DNA from: Acidobacteriota bacterium
GTDB lineage: Bacteria > Acidobacteriota > CAIWXX01
Length of the DNA stretch: 64,000 nt
Reading direction: 5' to 3'
NCBI GenBank assembly: GCA_040755995.1
Contig: JBFMAF010000055.1
Coordinates: forward strand, 224,001-288,000
The position numbers were made by a program, and so were the translations under genes. The first letter of the stretch is position 1; each line of letters starts with the position of its first letter. Below are positions 17,414-28,266 of the stretch, in pieces. The notes under the pieces were generated by a model. The model was not told the origin of the DNA. It searched no databases and saw only the letters and a list, made by a program, of their open reading frames with translations.

Positions 17414-19471
17414 TCATTCCTGAGCCGGGCGACAGTCGTAGAGTTCGAGCGCGGACTCACCGTACATCATGGAGACTATCTGGTCCGTCGGGCCCCACAT
17501 CGGCATGAAGGCGGAGGTTCGTGCCGATGGGACGTCGGGTGACTGCCACGCCTCTGCCGGCACCAGGGTCCCGTTGCTCTTCGCCCACTCCTCGATCCAG
17601 TTCCGCGGCGAGGACTGCCGGGAAGGCCCCGCCATCTGCCCCACGTTCGCTGCCGCGACTAGCACATAGCGGACTTCTCCCGAGGACACCCTGTGGGCGA
17701 ATTCCTCGACGCTCAGAGTCTCCTCGCGACCGTAGTAACCACCGAAGGCCATGACCGGCTCGCCGGTCTCTATGATCACGGGCGCCGCCCAGTGGATGTC
17801 CGGCACGGCCAGCAGGAATCGCTCGCCGCGGTGATTTGCCCGCAGGAATCGGATGAGGCTCGGGAGATGCGTCGGTCGCGTACCCTCGGCGGCCGTAGTC
17901 TCCCGGTAATCGAGCAACGCCGGATCGGCAATCGGCACCATGCGGCCCGCTGGAGCCAGAGCGGGTGTCGCCGCCCACAGGAAGGGACACACGAACGCGG
18001 CCGCGACCCCGAGGCCCAGTGCGCACTTCCGGACGAGCGGCGTCCTCGCAACCAGCAGGCCGACGACACTCGCGACGCCGGCCACGGTCAGCACGGGCAC
18101 AAGCGAGCGCGCCCATGAGGGGTAGAAGCCGATGATGCGCACGTGCCACAGCAGCGTGAGCGCCACGGCTGCGGCCGGCACAACCGCTGCTCGTCGGCCG
18201 CGGTCGAGTGCCCCCCATAGGCCACCCGTCGCAACAGCCGCGAGAACGGCCACGGCCGGCGTGAGCAGCGTGAGATAGTAGGTGTGGATGAAGGTCCTGG
18301 GCAGACTGAAGACGGTGGCGAACGTCAGGAACCAGACGATCCAGAAGAACGTGTCCCGATTCGGCCGCGGCCAGGCGTTGTACGAAGGTTTCCAGCGGAT
18401 CGTCGCGATCACCCCGATGAGGGCGATCGGGAGGAACCACGTGATATGGCCGGCCATGTCACGGTTCGCCAGCCGAAACGGACCCGGGATACCCCCGTGG
18501 CCAGTGATGACCTGGGATGGATGACCCGAGCCGCTCGGGAACCCGGGGCCGGGTCCGCCCGAGAACCCGCCGCGCCTGGAGTCGAGCCCCGGGCTGACTG
18601 CCTCCGGTCCGGGAGTGGGGCCCCCGGCCGCGGATCTCGGGGTTGGTCCGCCGTTCCTCATCGCAGGCTCAGCGCGGTTCAAGACGCGGCCAAGACCCTG
18701 GAGACCGAATGCGAGGCTCAGCATGGAGTTGTCGTTGGTCTCGGCGATGTAGGGACGCCGGTCGCGGGGCGTGAGATCCACGGTGACGGGCCAGACGAGC
18801 GACGTGAGGGAGACCACGACGGACGCGAGACCGAGGTGCATGAGCCGCCGCCGAAGCGCGATCGGCGCCGTGAGCGCGTATGTCAGGAAGAGCGCCGGAA
18901 TCGAGAGATAGGCCACCATGAGCTTGGTCATGAAGCCGACGCCGACGAGCGCGGAGCCCACAAGCAGTCGCCTCGCACTTCCAGTGTCGCTCGCGGAGAG
19001 CGTCAGTGCCGCGGCCCCGAGAAGCACGAGCAGCAGCCAGCTGTCGGCGAGATTGCTCCGGTCCGCCGCAACGCTGGCCGGCGTGACGGCCGCGACCAAC
19101 GCGGCGAACGCCGCGCCCGATACGCTCGTGACGCGCCGCGCGAGCAGGAACACGATCAGCACCGAGAGCCCGCCCGCGAGGACCTGCGGCAGATGGATGG
19201 CGAGGGCGTTGAATCCCCACAGGCGGACGCTGAGCGCCTGCATCCAGAAGGCGACGGGTGGTTTGCCGATCGCCAGGAAGCCCGCCGGATCGAACGCCGC
19301 GAAGAAGAAGTGGTGCCAGTCGGAGGCCATGCTGAGCGCGGCCGGGGAGTAGTAGAGGTTGTCGAACCCGTGGGCAGCGAGATTCCAGCACCGAAGCGTG
19401 GCGGCGACCAACAGGGTGAGCCCGACGACGAGCGCTTCCCACGCCTGAACCCTCGGAAAGCGCCGGGTCAC
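17414..19471 (-). CDS. GT-C (family 39/ArnT-like) glycosyltransferase; start approximate
   Basis: NLYYSPAALSM..FFFAAFDPAGFL..KPPVAFW multi-TM pattern; the longer ORF start overlaps the cupin gene. Confidence 0.85.
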   Translation of the reverse strand: MTRRFPRVQAWEALVVGLTLLVAATLRCWNLAAHGFDNLYYSPAALSMASDWHHFFFAAFDPAGFLAIGKPPVAFWMQALSVRLWGFNALAIHLPQVLAGGLSVLIVFLLARRVTSVSGAAFAALVAAVTPASVAADRSNLADSWLLLVLLGAAALTLSASDTGSARRLLVGSALVGVGFMTKLMVAYLSIPALFLTYALTAPIALRRRLMHLGLASVVVSLTSLVWPVTVDLTPRDRRPYIAETNDNSMLSLAFGLQGLGRVLNRAEPAMRNGGPTPRSAAGGPTPGPEAVSPGLDSRRGGFSGGPGPGFPSGSGHPSQVITGHGGIPGPFRLANRDMAGHITWFLPIALIGVIATIRWKPSYNAWPRPNRDTFFWIVWFLTFATVFSLPRTFIHTYYLTLLTPAVAVLAAVATGGLWGALDRGRRAAVVPAAAVALTLLWHVRIIGFYPSWARSLVPVLTVAGVASVVGLLVARTPLVRKCALGLGVAAAFVCPFLWAATPALAPAGRMVPIADPALLDYRETTAAEGTRPTHLPSLIRFLRANHRGERFLLAVPDIHWAAPVIIETGEPVMAFGGYYGREETLSVEEFAHRVSSGEVRYVLVAAANVGQMAGPSRQSSPRNWIEEWAKSNGTLVPAEAWQSPDVPSARTSAFMPMWGPTDQIVSMMYGESALELYDCRPAQE

Positions 19472-19529
19472 CTTTGCGGCCTGAAGCTGGCGGACAGCGT
19501 CGGCTTGAGCGATTGGTCGGGCAAGGATT

Positions 19530-19895
19530 TCAATTTGAATCCCTGTGAACCGTGCGCGGTGAAAACGCTGGCACGCAAATAGAGATGTACTCGGCCCCTT
19601 CGGGTCTTGGCGTGCTGTACTGAACCCACTTTCCACTGTGCGTGATAATGGCCTGGCCCGCCGCCACTTCAAACGTTTCATTCTTTGTCGCAACCATCAG
19701 GACCCCATGCAGGACGATGGTGTATTCGTCAAACTCGGGTTTCTGCCCCGGTTCAATCCATCCTCCTGGACTTGTCATCTTCGCGATACTGAGTGACTCA
19801 GTCTTGGAATTGACGCGGCCGACGAATTCATTGATCACCTTCGGTGTGTTGCCTGCCGCTTGGATGGTCGCCGGGGATTTGATGAATGTCGGCAT
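19530..19895 (-). CDS. Cupin-domain protein
   Basis: MPTFIKSP..SPGGWIEPGQKPEFDEYTIVLHG..AEYISICVPAFSP. Confidence 0.85.
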   Translation of the reverse strand: MPTFIKSPATIQAAGNTPKVINEFVGRVNSKTESLSIAKMTSPGGWIEPGQKPEFDEYTIVLHGVLMVATKNETFEVAAGQAIITHSGKWVQYSTPRPEGAEYISICVPAFSPRTVHRDSN

Positions 19896-20336
19896 ATATG
19901 GAGTCACTCCTTGTTGAGGTCCACGGCCGGAGTTGAGCGGGACCGCCCGCGCACAACCCAGGGCGCAATCTTCCTGCCCCACCCCAAGCATCTGCCATGA
20001 TAGCCGAAAGGACAAACGATCGCCACGAATCAAACTGAACGGTTTGCTCGCGGCGCGACTGGCTTAGGCGCGGGCGCTGCCGGCTCGATCGACGCGGGGC
20101 ACGGCACTGTCGAGCACGTTGTCAGCCTCATGGCCAGCGTGGCGGCGTGGAACGTGCCGTGTAAGTGAATCACGTCGGCGGCAGATCGACAATTGTCTCC
20201 CCCGCCGCTAGGTATCCTTCAGTCTGGAGATCACCTGATCCAGCCAACGGGCTACAGTGGGTCTCACAGAAGGTATTGACGGTTGTGGGCAAGGAAGTGC
20301 ATACTACGAGTGGACACATCGGAAGGAAGATCGACG

Positions 20337-20579
20337 ATGAAAGCCACCGTGCTGGACCTGAGGCGTAACCCCGGTAAGATACTCGAAGCCATCGGGCGTA
20401 ACGAGGCTGTCACGCTTTCGAAGCGTGGACGTGAGATCGCCCTCATAGTGCCCAAGAGGCCTGCCGCCAAGCCATGCTCCATCAGGTGCTCCCCCGCATT
20501 CGGGATCTGGAAGGACCGCGTGGACATGCGCGACCCTTCCGGATACGTCCGCCGGATGCGAAAGGGGCGCTTCGCGTGA
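20337..20579 (+). CDS. Phd/YefM-family antitoxin
   Basis: MKATVLDLRRNPGKILEAI..VTLSKRGREIALIVP; GTGA overlap with the toxin. Confidence 0.85.
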   Translation: MKATVLDLRRNPGKILEAIGRNEAVTLSKRGREIALIVPKRPAAKPCSIRCSPAFGIWKDRVDMRDPSGYVRRMRKGRFA

Positions 20580-20947
20580 TATTCGATTCCGACGTTCTGA
20601 TCTGGACCCTGCGTGGAAACGAAACGGCCGCCAGAGTCATCGAGGAAGACCAGGCCCGGAGTGTCTCCATCGTCTCGTGCATGGAGCTCTTTCAGGGCGC
20701 GCGCGACAAGAAGGAGTTGGCGGCCATCCGCCGCTTTCTCCTGGAGTTCGAGACATTGCCTCTATCAGAAGACATCGGGTATCGGGCCAGCATCTACATG
20801 GAGGAATACGCTCTGAAATCAGGACTTCAGCTGGCCGATTCCTTGATCGCGGCCACGGCCGTGCAGAGGCTGGAGACGCTCTGTACGGGCAACTTGAAAC
20901 ACTATCGCGCGATCCCCGAGCTCGAGCTCAGACCCTTTCGTTCATGA
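20576..20947 (+). CDS. vapC: VapC PIN-domain toxin
   Basis: IFDSDVLIW..MELFQG..ADSLIAATA..LCTGNLKHY. Confidence 0.9.
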   Translation: MIFDSDVLIWTLRGNETAARVIEEDQARSVSIVSCMELFQGARDKKELAAIRRFLLEFETLPLSEDIGYRASIYMEEYALKSGLQLADSLIAATAVQRLETLCTGNLKHYRAIPELELRPFRS

Positions 20948-21023
20948 TTCCGGCAAATCCTCCGCTATAGCGCCGGCCCGCGGGCGCAGGCTGTCCGTGA
21001 CGGCTAAGACCGAGCGGAGGCCA
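20838..21023 (+). repeat. Long direct repeat, left copy (vapC 3' end plus decayed copA 3' end)
   Basis: Aligns with 39222-39410. Confidence 0.85.
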
Positions 21024-21275
21024 CGGGTGCATCTGCCGACCAGATTCTCTGGTCCCTCTCGACCGACGCTGTGAAGTGGGTGCTCTGGCCAATCGCACAG
21101 GTAGGTCACTCGTGCGCCCGAAGATCGTCTCGGGTCTACAATCTGCAGAGCCTCAGCGAAGTCACGGCGCGGGAGGCCGATGCGGATGCTCGGACCAACC
21201 GGAGAGCCACATCTCCTCTCGGCGTCCTGGCAGGCACATCCCACCTCAGAGGTCGAATGTTGAACCTGAACGAGC

Positions 21276-22112
21276 TCAAAGCTCGATCGTCAGGCCGACC
21301 CCGACCTCGACGAGGTCCACCGCCGCCGACAGCGCGATCTTCGATCGCTGATCGGTGCAGTGACATGCGTGCACCGCCCTGGGGCGCAGGGACTTCATGT
21401 ACTCGATCGTCCCCTGCAGCCGTTCGGGAGAGGGATTCTGCAGATGAAAGCCGCCTATGATGTCAACGACTCTTTCATCTCCGCAGATCCTCTTCGCGTG
21501 CTCGATGGTGTTGCAGATTCCGGCATGGGCACAGCCAGTGATGATGACCAGGCCTTCAGGCGATTTGTAGGCGAGCGCCGAATCGTCGAGTATCAAGTCG
21601 TCCCTCTGCACACCATCTTCCAGGATGGATCCTGCGGGGCTCCAGGCTTCGAAATCATTCTGTCTTTCGATCTGGCCGAGGAACACCAGTCGTTCCGTCA
21701 ACCACACGGCGGTTGTGCTCACTTCGATGCGAAAATGGCTCGACAGCTTCTCCTGCGAAACCAGTGAGCCGGTCTCCGCCAGCGATCCCTGTGTTCGGGA
21801 AGACAGCGCAAGGGGATGGGCTACAAGTGCAGGCTTTCTGACGCGACTCCCCTCGAACGCCGCCTCGGTGTAGAGGCGAATCAGCGGAATGAGACCCCAC
21901 GTGTGATCCAGGTGACCATGGGACAGCACGATGGCATCGAGCTGGAGGAGATCGATGGAGAGTTTCCGAGCATTCAATAGGAGGACGTCCGAGTAGCCGG
22001 CGTCGAACAGAACCCGCCTGCCCTCGGCCTCAACACAGTACGAAACACCCGGTTCACCGACCAGGTACCTGTCGATGAGGGTGTGGTTGTCAACGAGCAC
22101 GGTCAGCTTCAT
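21276..22112 (-). CDS. MBL-fold metallo-hydrolase
   Basis: LFDAG, SHGHLDH, TGCAHAG, GGFHL, HCT motifs. Confidence 0.9.
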   Translation of the reverse strand: MKLTVLVDNHTLIDRYLVGEPGVSYCVEAEGRRVLFDAGYSDVLLLNARKLSIDLLQLDAIVLSHGHLDHTWGLIPLIRLYTEAAFEGSRVRKPALVAHPLALSSRTQGSLAETGSLVSQEKLSSHFRIEVSTTAVWLTERLVFLGQIERQNDFEAWSPAGSILEDGVQRDDLILDDSALAYKSPEGLVIITGCAHAGICNTIEHAKRICGDERVVDIIGGFHLQNPSPERLQGTIEYMKSLRPRAVHACHCTDQRSKIALSAAVDLVEVGVGLTIEL

Positions 22113-22289
22113 TTGATCCTCCACCGGTAGGTCGCCATCTCAGCCTTACGCCGTCGCCGGGTGCGCTCGCCTGAACCGTCGACTCTGGGACCATGACAGC
22201 GCGAGCACGGCCACGCAGCCCAACACGCTGTACCAGAGGAAGGAGATCCCTGTAAACAAGAACGCACAGCGCGACATCATCGCCGAAAC

Positions 22290-22575
<286 letters not shown>

Positions 22576-22707
22576 TGAAGGCATCAAGTTCGCCCTTCAA
22601 GAAATGACCGAACCGAAGGTGATCTCATTCTTCATGCCCCGCTGGAGAAGATGATCTGAATAGGATCACGCCGCAGGCTGGTTCGCATGACAGCACATGT
22701 ACAACCC

Positions 22708-25700
22708 TCACGGCCTCTGCGCCTTCTCGGCCGACGGCGGTTCCATCCGCATTGGCCAGCGGGGAGGGTTCTTCTGAATCTCCGCCTTGAGCAACTCGAT
22801 GGCCTTGTCGAGTTGCGGATCGCGTCCGGCCTGGAAGGCATTGGGATCCTCCTCCACCACCACATCCGGGTTGAACCCATAGCCGTCGGGCAGCCATTTC
22901 CCGTCCGGGCTGAAGCTGCCCTGGACGGGCGTCGAGACGAACCCGCCATCGATCGTTTCGAAGCCGTTCACGGCCATGAAACCACCCCAGGTGCGCGTGC
23001 CGACCGAGGGGCCCAGCTTCATCATGCGAAAGCCGGTCATGAAGTACTCGCCGTCTGAGCCCGTGCGCTCGTTGCAGAGCGCCACCACACGCCCCAGGTA
23101 CGCCGTGCGATGGTACGGCTCGGGCATGCCGTAGCGCCCCTGGTCGTACTCGAAGATCACACGGTTGAGGCGCTCCAAAACCATCCCCGACGTAATCCCA
23201 CCGCCGTTGTAGCGCACGTCGATGACCAGACCATCCTTGTCGAGGTTGGCGTAGAAGTGCTTGGCGAGCTCGGCCATCCCGTTCCTGCTCATGTCCGGTA
23301 GGTGCAGGTAGCCGAGACGGGGGCCGCCGTGAGTGGCGACGTAGTCACGGTTGCGCCGCACCCAGTCGTAATAGCGCGCGTCGCGTTCATTGGACATCGC
23401 CTTCACCCGTACGACCCTGGCTCCTTCGACGCTCGGCCGATCGTTCACCTGCAAGGCCACCACCTTCTTGGCCTGATCGATCAACAGGGCGGTCGGGTCC
23501 AGCTCGGGCTTGAGCGTCACGCCGTTGATGGCCAGGAGATAGTCACCCTCCTTCACCCTCAGGCCCGGTGCCAGCAGCGGCGAACGCGCATCGCCGTCGA
23601 ACCCATCGCCGTCGAAGAGGCGGGTGAATCGATAGAGCTTCGTGTCCTTGTCCAGCCCGAGTTCGGCTCCCAGAGCGCCAAATGCCGGCGGCTTCGGCGG
23701 CGTGCGCCGGTTGTATCCGCCGCCCACGTACTCGTGGGACACGTTCAACTCAGCCTGCATGTCGCCGATGATCTCGTTCAGCTCGGAGCGCGCGCCGACG
23801 GCGGGCAGCAACGCTTCGTACTTCTTGCGGATGGCATCCCAGTCCATGCCGTGCATCTTCGGGTCGTAGAAGAGATCGCGGTGCTGCCGCCATGCCTCAG
23901 AGAAGATCTGCTTCCATTCCAGCTCCGGATTGACCTCGAAGCGCCAGCCCTCCGTGCTGACCTTGGGAGCGTCCGGCTTGACGGCTGTGCCGGCGTCAAC
24001 GATCTGGAATCCATCCTTCGTCTTGAGAGCCAGCTTCTTGCGGTCAAAGGACAGCGCGATCGCGGCAATACCCGTGGCCAGGTCGGTCTCCTTCTTCTCC
24101 TTGAACTCGTACGCCTTCAGTGTCAGCGCGGGCTCGGGCGGCCCGCCATCCTCCCCATCTCTCTTGGTCTCTTCGCGCGCCAGGTAGAGCACCTTGTCGG
24201 CCAGCGCCTCGATGCCCACGTAGTTACCGGGCTCCACGGGCAGCTCCACCAGACGCCGCTCGATCCCGTCCAGATGGACTTTCATGTCCGGCAGCTTCGG
24301 GGGCCACTCCGGCTTGCTCTCGCCTTCCTTGCCCGCCGCAGAGGCCTTACCCTTCTCGCTCCCGCTCTTCTCGGCCCCCTCCGGCTTCTTCTCGGAATCC
24401 TTCTTCGCCTCGCTCTCGACGGCCGGCTCCTCGTCGCTCTCAACCGGAAGCGGCGACATCGTGTCCTTGGCCAGGGCGATCAGGCAGAGCTTGGTTGTCT
24501 TCTCATGATTCATCTGGAAATCGACGCCGTCCCACTTCGGGGTGATGTTCCGCTCGGAGAGGAAGTAGACATACTTGCCGTCCGGATCGAACGCCGGTGC
24601 GCGCTCCCGGGTCGGTGTCGACGTCAGGCGGGCGCTCTGCTTGCTCTGCAGGTTGTAGAGGTAGAGGGAGTCGACGAAGTAGTTCTCCGGCCGCACATAG
24701 GCGAGCCACTTGCCGTCCGGCGAGAAACGGTAGTCGTTGATGTCGCCGTATTCGGCGCGGGCGACTTCAGTCACGGCCGCGGTCTTCACGTCCACGACCC
24801 GGAGCGCGAGCGTGTGGTCCTGGAATGCGATTCGAATCCCGTCCGGCGACCATTGGGGTCCGGCCAGGCGCAGCTTCTCGAGCCTGGTCACCTGGACCGG
24901 CTCGCCGGTGCCGGAGGCAGGGGCAAGCCAGAGGTTCTCCTCCCCGGAACGGTCCGAGATGAAGACGATCTGCTTCCCATCGGGTGACCAGGCCGGCTCC
25001 TTCGCCCGAGTCCCCGGCTGAGCCGCGATCGATCTGATCTCGCCCTTCTCCGCCGGAATCGTGAACAGCATGCCGCGGTCTTCCAGAACGAGGCGCTTGC
25101 CGGTTGGACCGACGCCGAACACGCTGGGCTCCCCGGTCACGTAGACCGGGCGTGCGTGAATGCGGTCGGAGGTGAGCGCGAGCCTGGCCTGGGTGGTGGC
25201 GCCCGAGATCACGTCGTAGATCCACAGTGCGTCCCCGCACTGGTAGATGACCCGCTTTCCGTCGCTCGCCGGAGCCTTGACGTCCAGGTCGGTGTGGGAG
25301 GTCACGCGAGCCGCCTCGCCCGTGCGTGTGTCGAACCGCCACAGGTTGGCCGATCCGTCCTTTTCCGAGACGTAGAAGATCTCCTCGCCAACCCAGACCG
25401 GATACTGCTCGTTGATGTCACCCTCGTGGACGCGCTTGAAGGAGTTCTTCTGCAAGTCGGCAATCCAGATCTGGTTGGCTTCGCCGCCCCTGTAGCGCTT
25501 CCAGTGATGCCTTTCCATGGGCAGGCGGCAGTAAGCGAGGCGCGCGCCGTCGGGTGCGAAGGACCCTTGCGCCGCCCGCTCCATCGGCAGTGGCTCGGGC
25601 AGGCCTCCCGCCATCGGTACCAGGTAGAGGCGGGGACCGACCACGGGAACGGCGCGACGAGACCGGAAGAGAATCTTGGCCCCGTCGGGCGACCAGCCGA

Positions 25701-26046
25701 TCATCTCCGCCCCTGTCGGGTCGTAGGTCAGCCGCCTGGGAAGGCCGCCGGCAGCGGCCATGACATACACGTCCTGCCCGCCATCGTAGCCGGCCGTGAA
25801 CGCGATCCACGCTCCATCCGGGGAGAACCGCGGGTTCTCTTCCATCCCTTCGTGCGTGGTGACGCGCTCGGCCGAGCCCGCGGCCAACGAACCCAGCCAC
25901 AGATCACCCTCGGCGCTAAACACCACGCGATCGCCATGGATGTCGGGTGTCCGCACCATCCTCGGCGGCGAGATCTGGGCCCAAGCCGATGCGGCCCAGA
26001 ACAGCGTGCAGGTGAGAACTGAAATCGCGAACCATCGACGGTCCAT
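22708..26046 (-). CDS. Tricorn-like S41 protease
   Basis: Signal peptide, PD40 repeats, PDZ, IDVRYNGGG, GSDGE, GTRTWGG; AGGAGG before ATG 26046. Confidence 0.93.
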   Translation of the reverse strand: MDRRWFAISVLTCTLFWAASAWAQISPPRMVRTPDIHGDRVVFSAEGDLWLGSLAAGSAERVTTHEGMEENPRFSPDGAWIAFTAGYDGGQDVYVMAAAGGLPRRLTYDPTGAEMIGWSPDGAKILFRSRRAVPVVGPRLYLVPMAGGLPEPLPMERAAQGSFAPDGARLAYCRLPMERHHWKRYRGGEANQIWIADLQKNSFKRVHEGDINEQYPVWVGEEIFYVSEKDGSANLWRFDTRTGEAARVTSHTDLDVKAPASDGKRVIYQCGDALWIYDVISGATTQARLALTSDRIHARPVYVTGEPSVFGVGPTGKRLVLEDRGMLFTIPAEKGEIRSIAAQPGTRAKEPAWSPDGKQIVFISDRSGEENLWLAPASGTGEPVQVTRLEKLRLAGPQWSPDGIRIAFQDHTLALRVVDVKTAAVTEVARAEYGDINDYRFSPDGKWLAYVRPENYFVDSLYLYNLQSKQSARLTSTPTRERAPAFDPDGKYVYFLSERNITPKWDGVDFQMNHEKTTKLCLIALAKDTMSPLPVESDEEPAVESEAKKDSEKKPEGAEKSGSEKGKASAAGKEGESKPEWPPKLPDMKVHLDGIERRLVELPVEPGNYVGIEALADKVLYLAREETKRDGEDGGPPEPALTLKAYEFKEKKETDLATGIAAIALSFDRKKLALKTKDGFQIVDAGTAVKPDAPKVSTEGWRFEVNPELEWKQIFSEAWRQHRDLFYDPKMHGMDWDAIRKKYEALLPAVGARSELNEIIGDMQAELNVSHEYVGGGYNRRTPPKPPAFGALGAELGLDKDTKLYRFTRLFDGDGFDGDARSPLLAPGLRVKEGDYLLAINGVTLKPELDPTALLIDQAKKVVALQVNDRPSVEGARVVRVKAMSNERDARYYDWVRRNRDYVATHGGPRLGYLHLPDMSRNGMAELAKHFYANLDKDGLVIDVRYNGGGITSGMVLERLNRVIFEYDQGRYGMPEPYHRTAYLGRVVALCNERTGSDGEYFMTGFRMMKLGPSVGTRTWGGFMAVNGFETIDGGFVSTPVQGSFSPDGKWLPDGYGFNPDVVVEEDPNAFQAGRDPQLDKAIELLKAEIQKNPPRWPMRMEPPSAEKAQRP

Positions 26047-26601
26047 GCCAAGCCTCCTCATGTCGATTTTCGGTGATTTGTCTTCAGGGTCAGTGCAAAG
26101 ATGCTGCAATCGCTCCGGGATCCTATACATGTCAACGTCGAATGTCCTTCAGGAAGAGAAGCCCGATATCCCTCCGCCGCCTCGACGGCTATCATCGTGT
26201 CATGTGAGCGGCCTGCTCCGGTGCCACACATTCTCTTGCCACTGGGAAGCTCACATCGGCTCACCTCCTGCACAGAATAATACGTAACACAGAAGGCCGT
26301 GGTTATCGGGAGCAGGCGGACCGAGAAGAGGCCGAGTGAGGCTCGCCCATATCGTCGCGGAGCTCCACTACAGGCGAGTGGGTCCGGCCGTGCTTCACCA
26401 ATGGGCCGGCGCCTGTCTTCGTCGCTTGGAGCTCGCAAGGGCTCACTTCTCGTGTGCGCCGATGTCGACTCCGCTGCCCAGTGGGCGCGACGTGCCGTCG
26501 ATAAGGGTTGGTCCCGTTTGACCCACCGTAAGCCTCCTGTCAGCGCAAGTTGGCATTACACGTGGACGCGCGCGTGGACAACACACTCTTCCCCTACCCG
26601 G

Positions 26602-26970
26602 CTACCAGGGGTCCACTTCATGGACGAGCTCAACCATCCAGGTGACGATTTCATCGGCATACCGCCCGTCGGGGTCGAGATTCGGATTGTAGATCGTGAT
26701 GTCGGCGCCTATGAGGGCTGTGGACTGGGCCAACGGCCTGACCAGATTAGCCAGCTGACTCCGGGTGAGCCCGTTGGGCATCGGATAGTCGACCGCGGGA
26801 AGAACCTCCTGGTCCAGCACGTCCAAGTCCACGTGCAGCCAGAAGCGGCCGGGATCGGACTCGAAACGCCTCACAACCTGTGTGCCCAAAGAGCTCGGAT
26901 CAGATTGGCGGATCGCCTCGGCATCGACGAGCGTGATGCCAGGAGCAGCCAGCTGAGGTGCCAAGGCTCC
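26602..26970 (-). pseudogene. Arginase-family C-terminal fragment
   Basis: FWLHVDLDVLD..PAVDYPMPNGL..ITIYNPNLD; N-terminal half absent. Confidence 0.75.
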
Positions 26971-27215
26971 CCTCTCCTCGGCCGCTTCAACGTGTTTGCC
27001 GTCCTCGGCGAGATGGTGCGCGCGATCGACCGGCTGCTCGTCGGCCTCGGCCACGCCAACGCCCGCGGCCTCCTCCACAACGATCCGATGCCCTCGTTCT
27101 ATCCAATCTTCTGGATAGAGATTCCATTGATTGGATGGTTGGCGAAAAGAAGTGTAACTCCAACAGAACCGATTGTGCACTGAACCAGGGTTGACATCAA
27201 ACGAGAGGAGGATAC

Positions 27216-27815
27216 ATGATCTGGCCTTACACAATGGGCAGATGCGAGAAACGGACGCATGCCCTCATCGACCAATGGCTGCCCGAAGGAGCCTTTATGC
27301 TGGAGCACCACGGGATGGATATGTCTGCGCCTCCGGCCAGGGCCCTTGCTGCGACCACGCAATTGGCGTTGAATGCGCTTCCCTTTGTCCGGGTCCTCTT
27401 CGCCCTGCGAGGAATTCCTCATCGGGGCGAGATGACGCTCGGCAAGATGTTCTCGAACAAACCCTTCCTGCTTCTCGACGAGGATGTGGGCCGGGAACTT
27501 GTCTTCGGCATAGTGGGCCCCTTCTGGGACCTGCGACGGGGACATATGCCCGCCGACATCCCCGACTCTCCAGGGGAGTTTCGCGAGGCCATGAAAGGAG
27601 GGCGCGTGGCCGCCATTGGCAACTTTCGCGTGGATCCGGCACACGACGGATCCCGCAGATCGACTCGAGTCTGGACGGAGACCTGGGCCTGGAGTCCCCA
27701 ACTGATTCCGACCGTGCTCTTCACCGCCTACTGGCTGGCCATCGGCCCCTGGAGTGCCTGGATCCGTCGAATGTTTCTGAATGAGGCTCGCCGACAGGCG
27801 CAGGAGGCCCAATGA
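27216..27815 (+). CDS. Hypothetical protein
   Basis: 199 aa ORF with GAGGAGG RBS; coupled to the next gene. Confidence 0.75.
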   Translation: MIWPYTMGRCEKRTHALIDQWLPEGAFMLEHHGMDMSAPPARALAATTQLALNALPFVRVLFALRGIPHRGEMTLGKMFSNKPFLLLDEDVGRELVFGIVGPFWDLRRGHMPADIPDSPGEFREAMKGGRVAAIGNFRVDPAHDGSRRSTRVWTETWAWSPQLIPTVLFTAYWLAIGPWSAWIRRMFLNEARRQAQEAQ

Positions 27816-28210
27816 ACATCTCACTTCTTTCTGCCGGGATTCTCTCGGCTCTTGCCGGCCTGATCCATCCGGTCGCGGGGGAGTACCTGATTGTCCGACA
27901 TCTCGACGGAAGCCACCTCCGACCCACTCCCTTCGGGGATGGGGACATCACGCGACGAATCTTGAGGGGCGCATGGCATTTCATCACCCTGGACTTCTTG
28001 CTTTCGGCTGTGATACTCCTGGCGCTGGCTTTCTCCTGCGTGCCCGCCGGAGCGCGAGAAATGAGCCGGTTCATCTCTCTGCACTTCTTCGGTTATGCCC
28101 TCATTATCTGGATAGTGGCCGGCCACCGTTTTGTGCATGTCCTGATCCATGTGCCCCAGTGGATCCTTTTGTCTGCGATTGCGGCCCTCGCCTGGTGGGG
28201 AGGAAGATAG
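27812..28210 (+). CDS. Small four-TM membrane protein
   Basis: ATGA overlap; hydrophobic helices. Confidence 0.75.
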   Translation: MNISLLSAGILSALAGLIHPVAGEYLIVRHLDGSHLRPTPFGDGDITRRILRGAWHFITLDFLLSAVILLALAFSCVPAGAREMSRFISLHFFGYALIIWIVAGHRFVHVLIHVPQWILLSAIAALAWWGGR

Positions 28211-28266
28211 CGAGATATGGGGCAACATGCCGCAGGCTGCAGCCGGACCCTCTGGGGCGGCGAATC

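Noticed and set aside
19472..19693. N-terminal extension of the GT-C ORF
   Set aside because: It overlaps the cupin gene in another frame.
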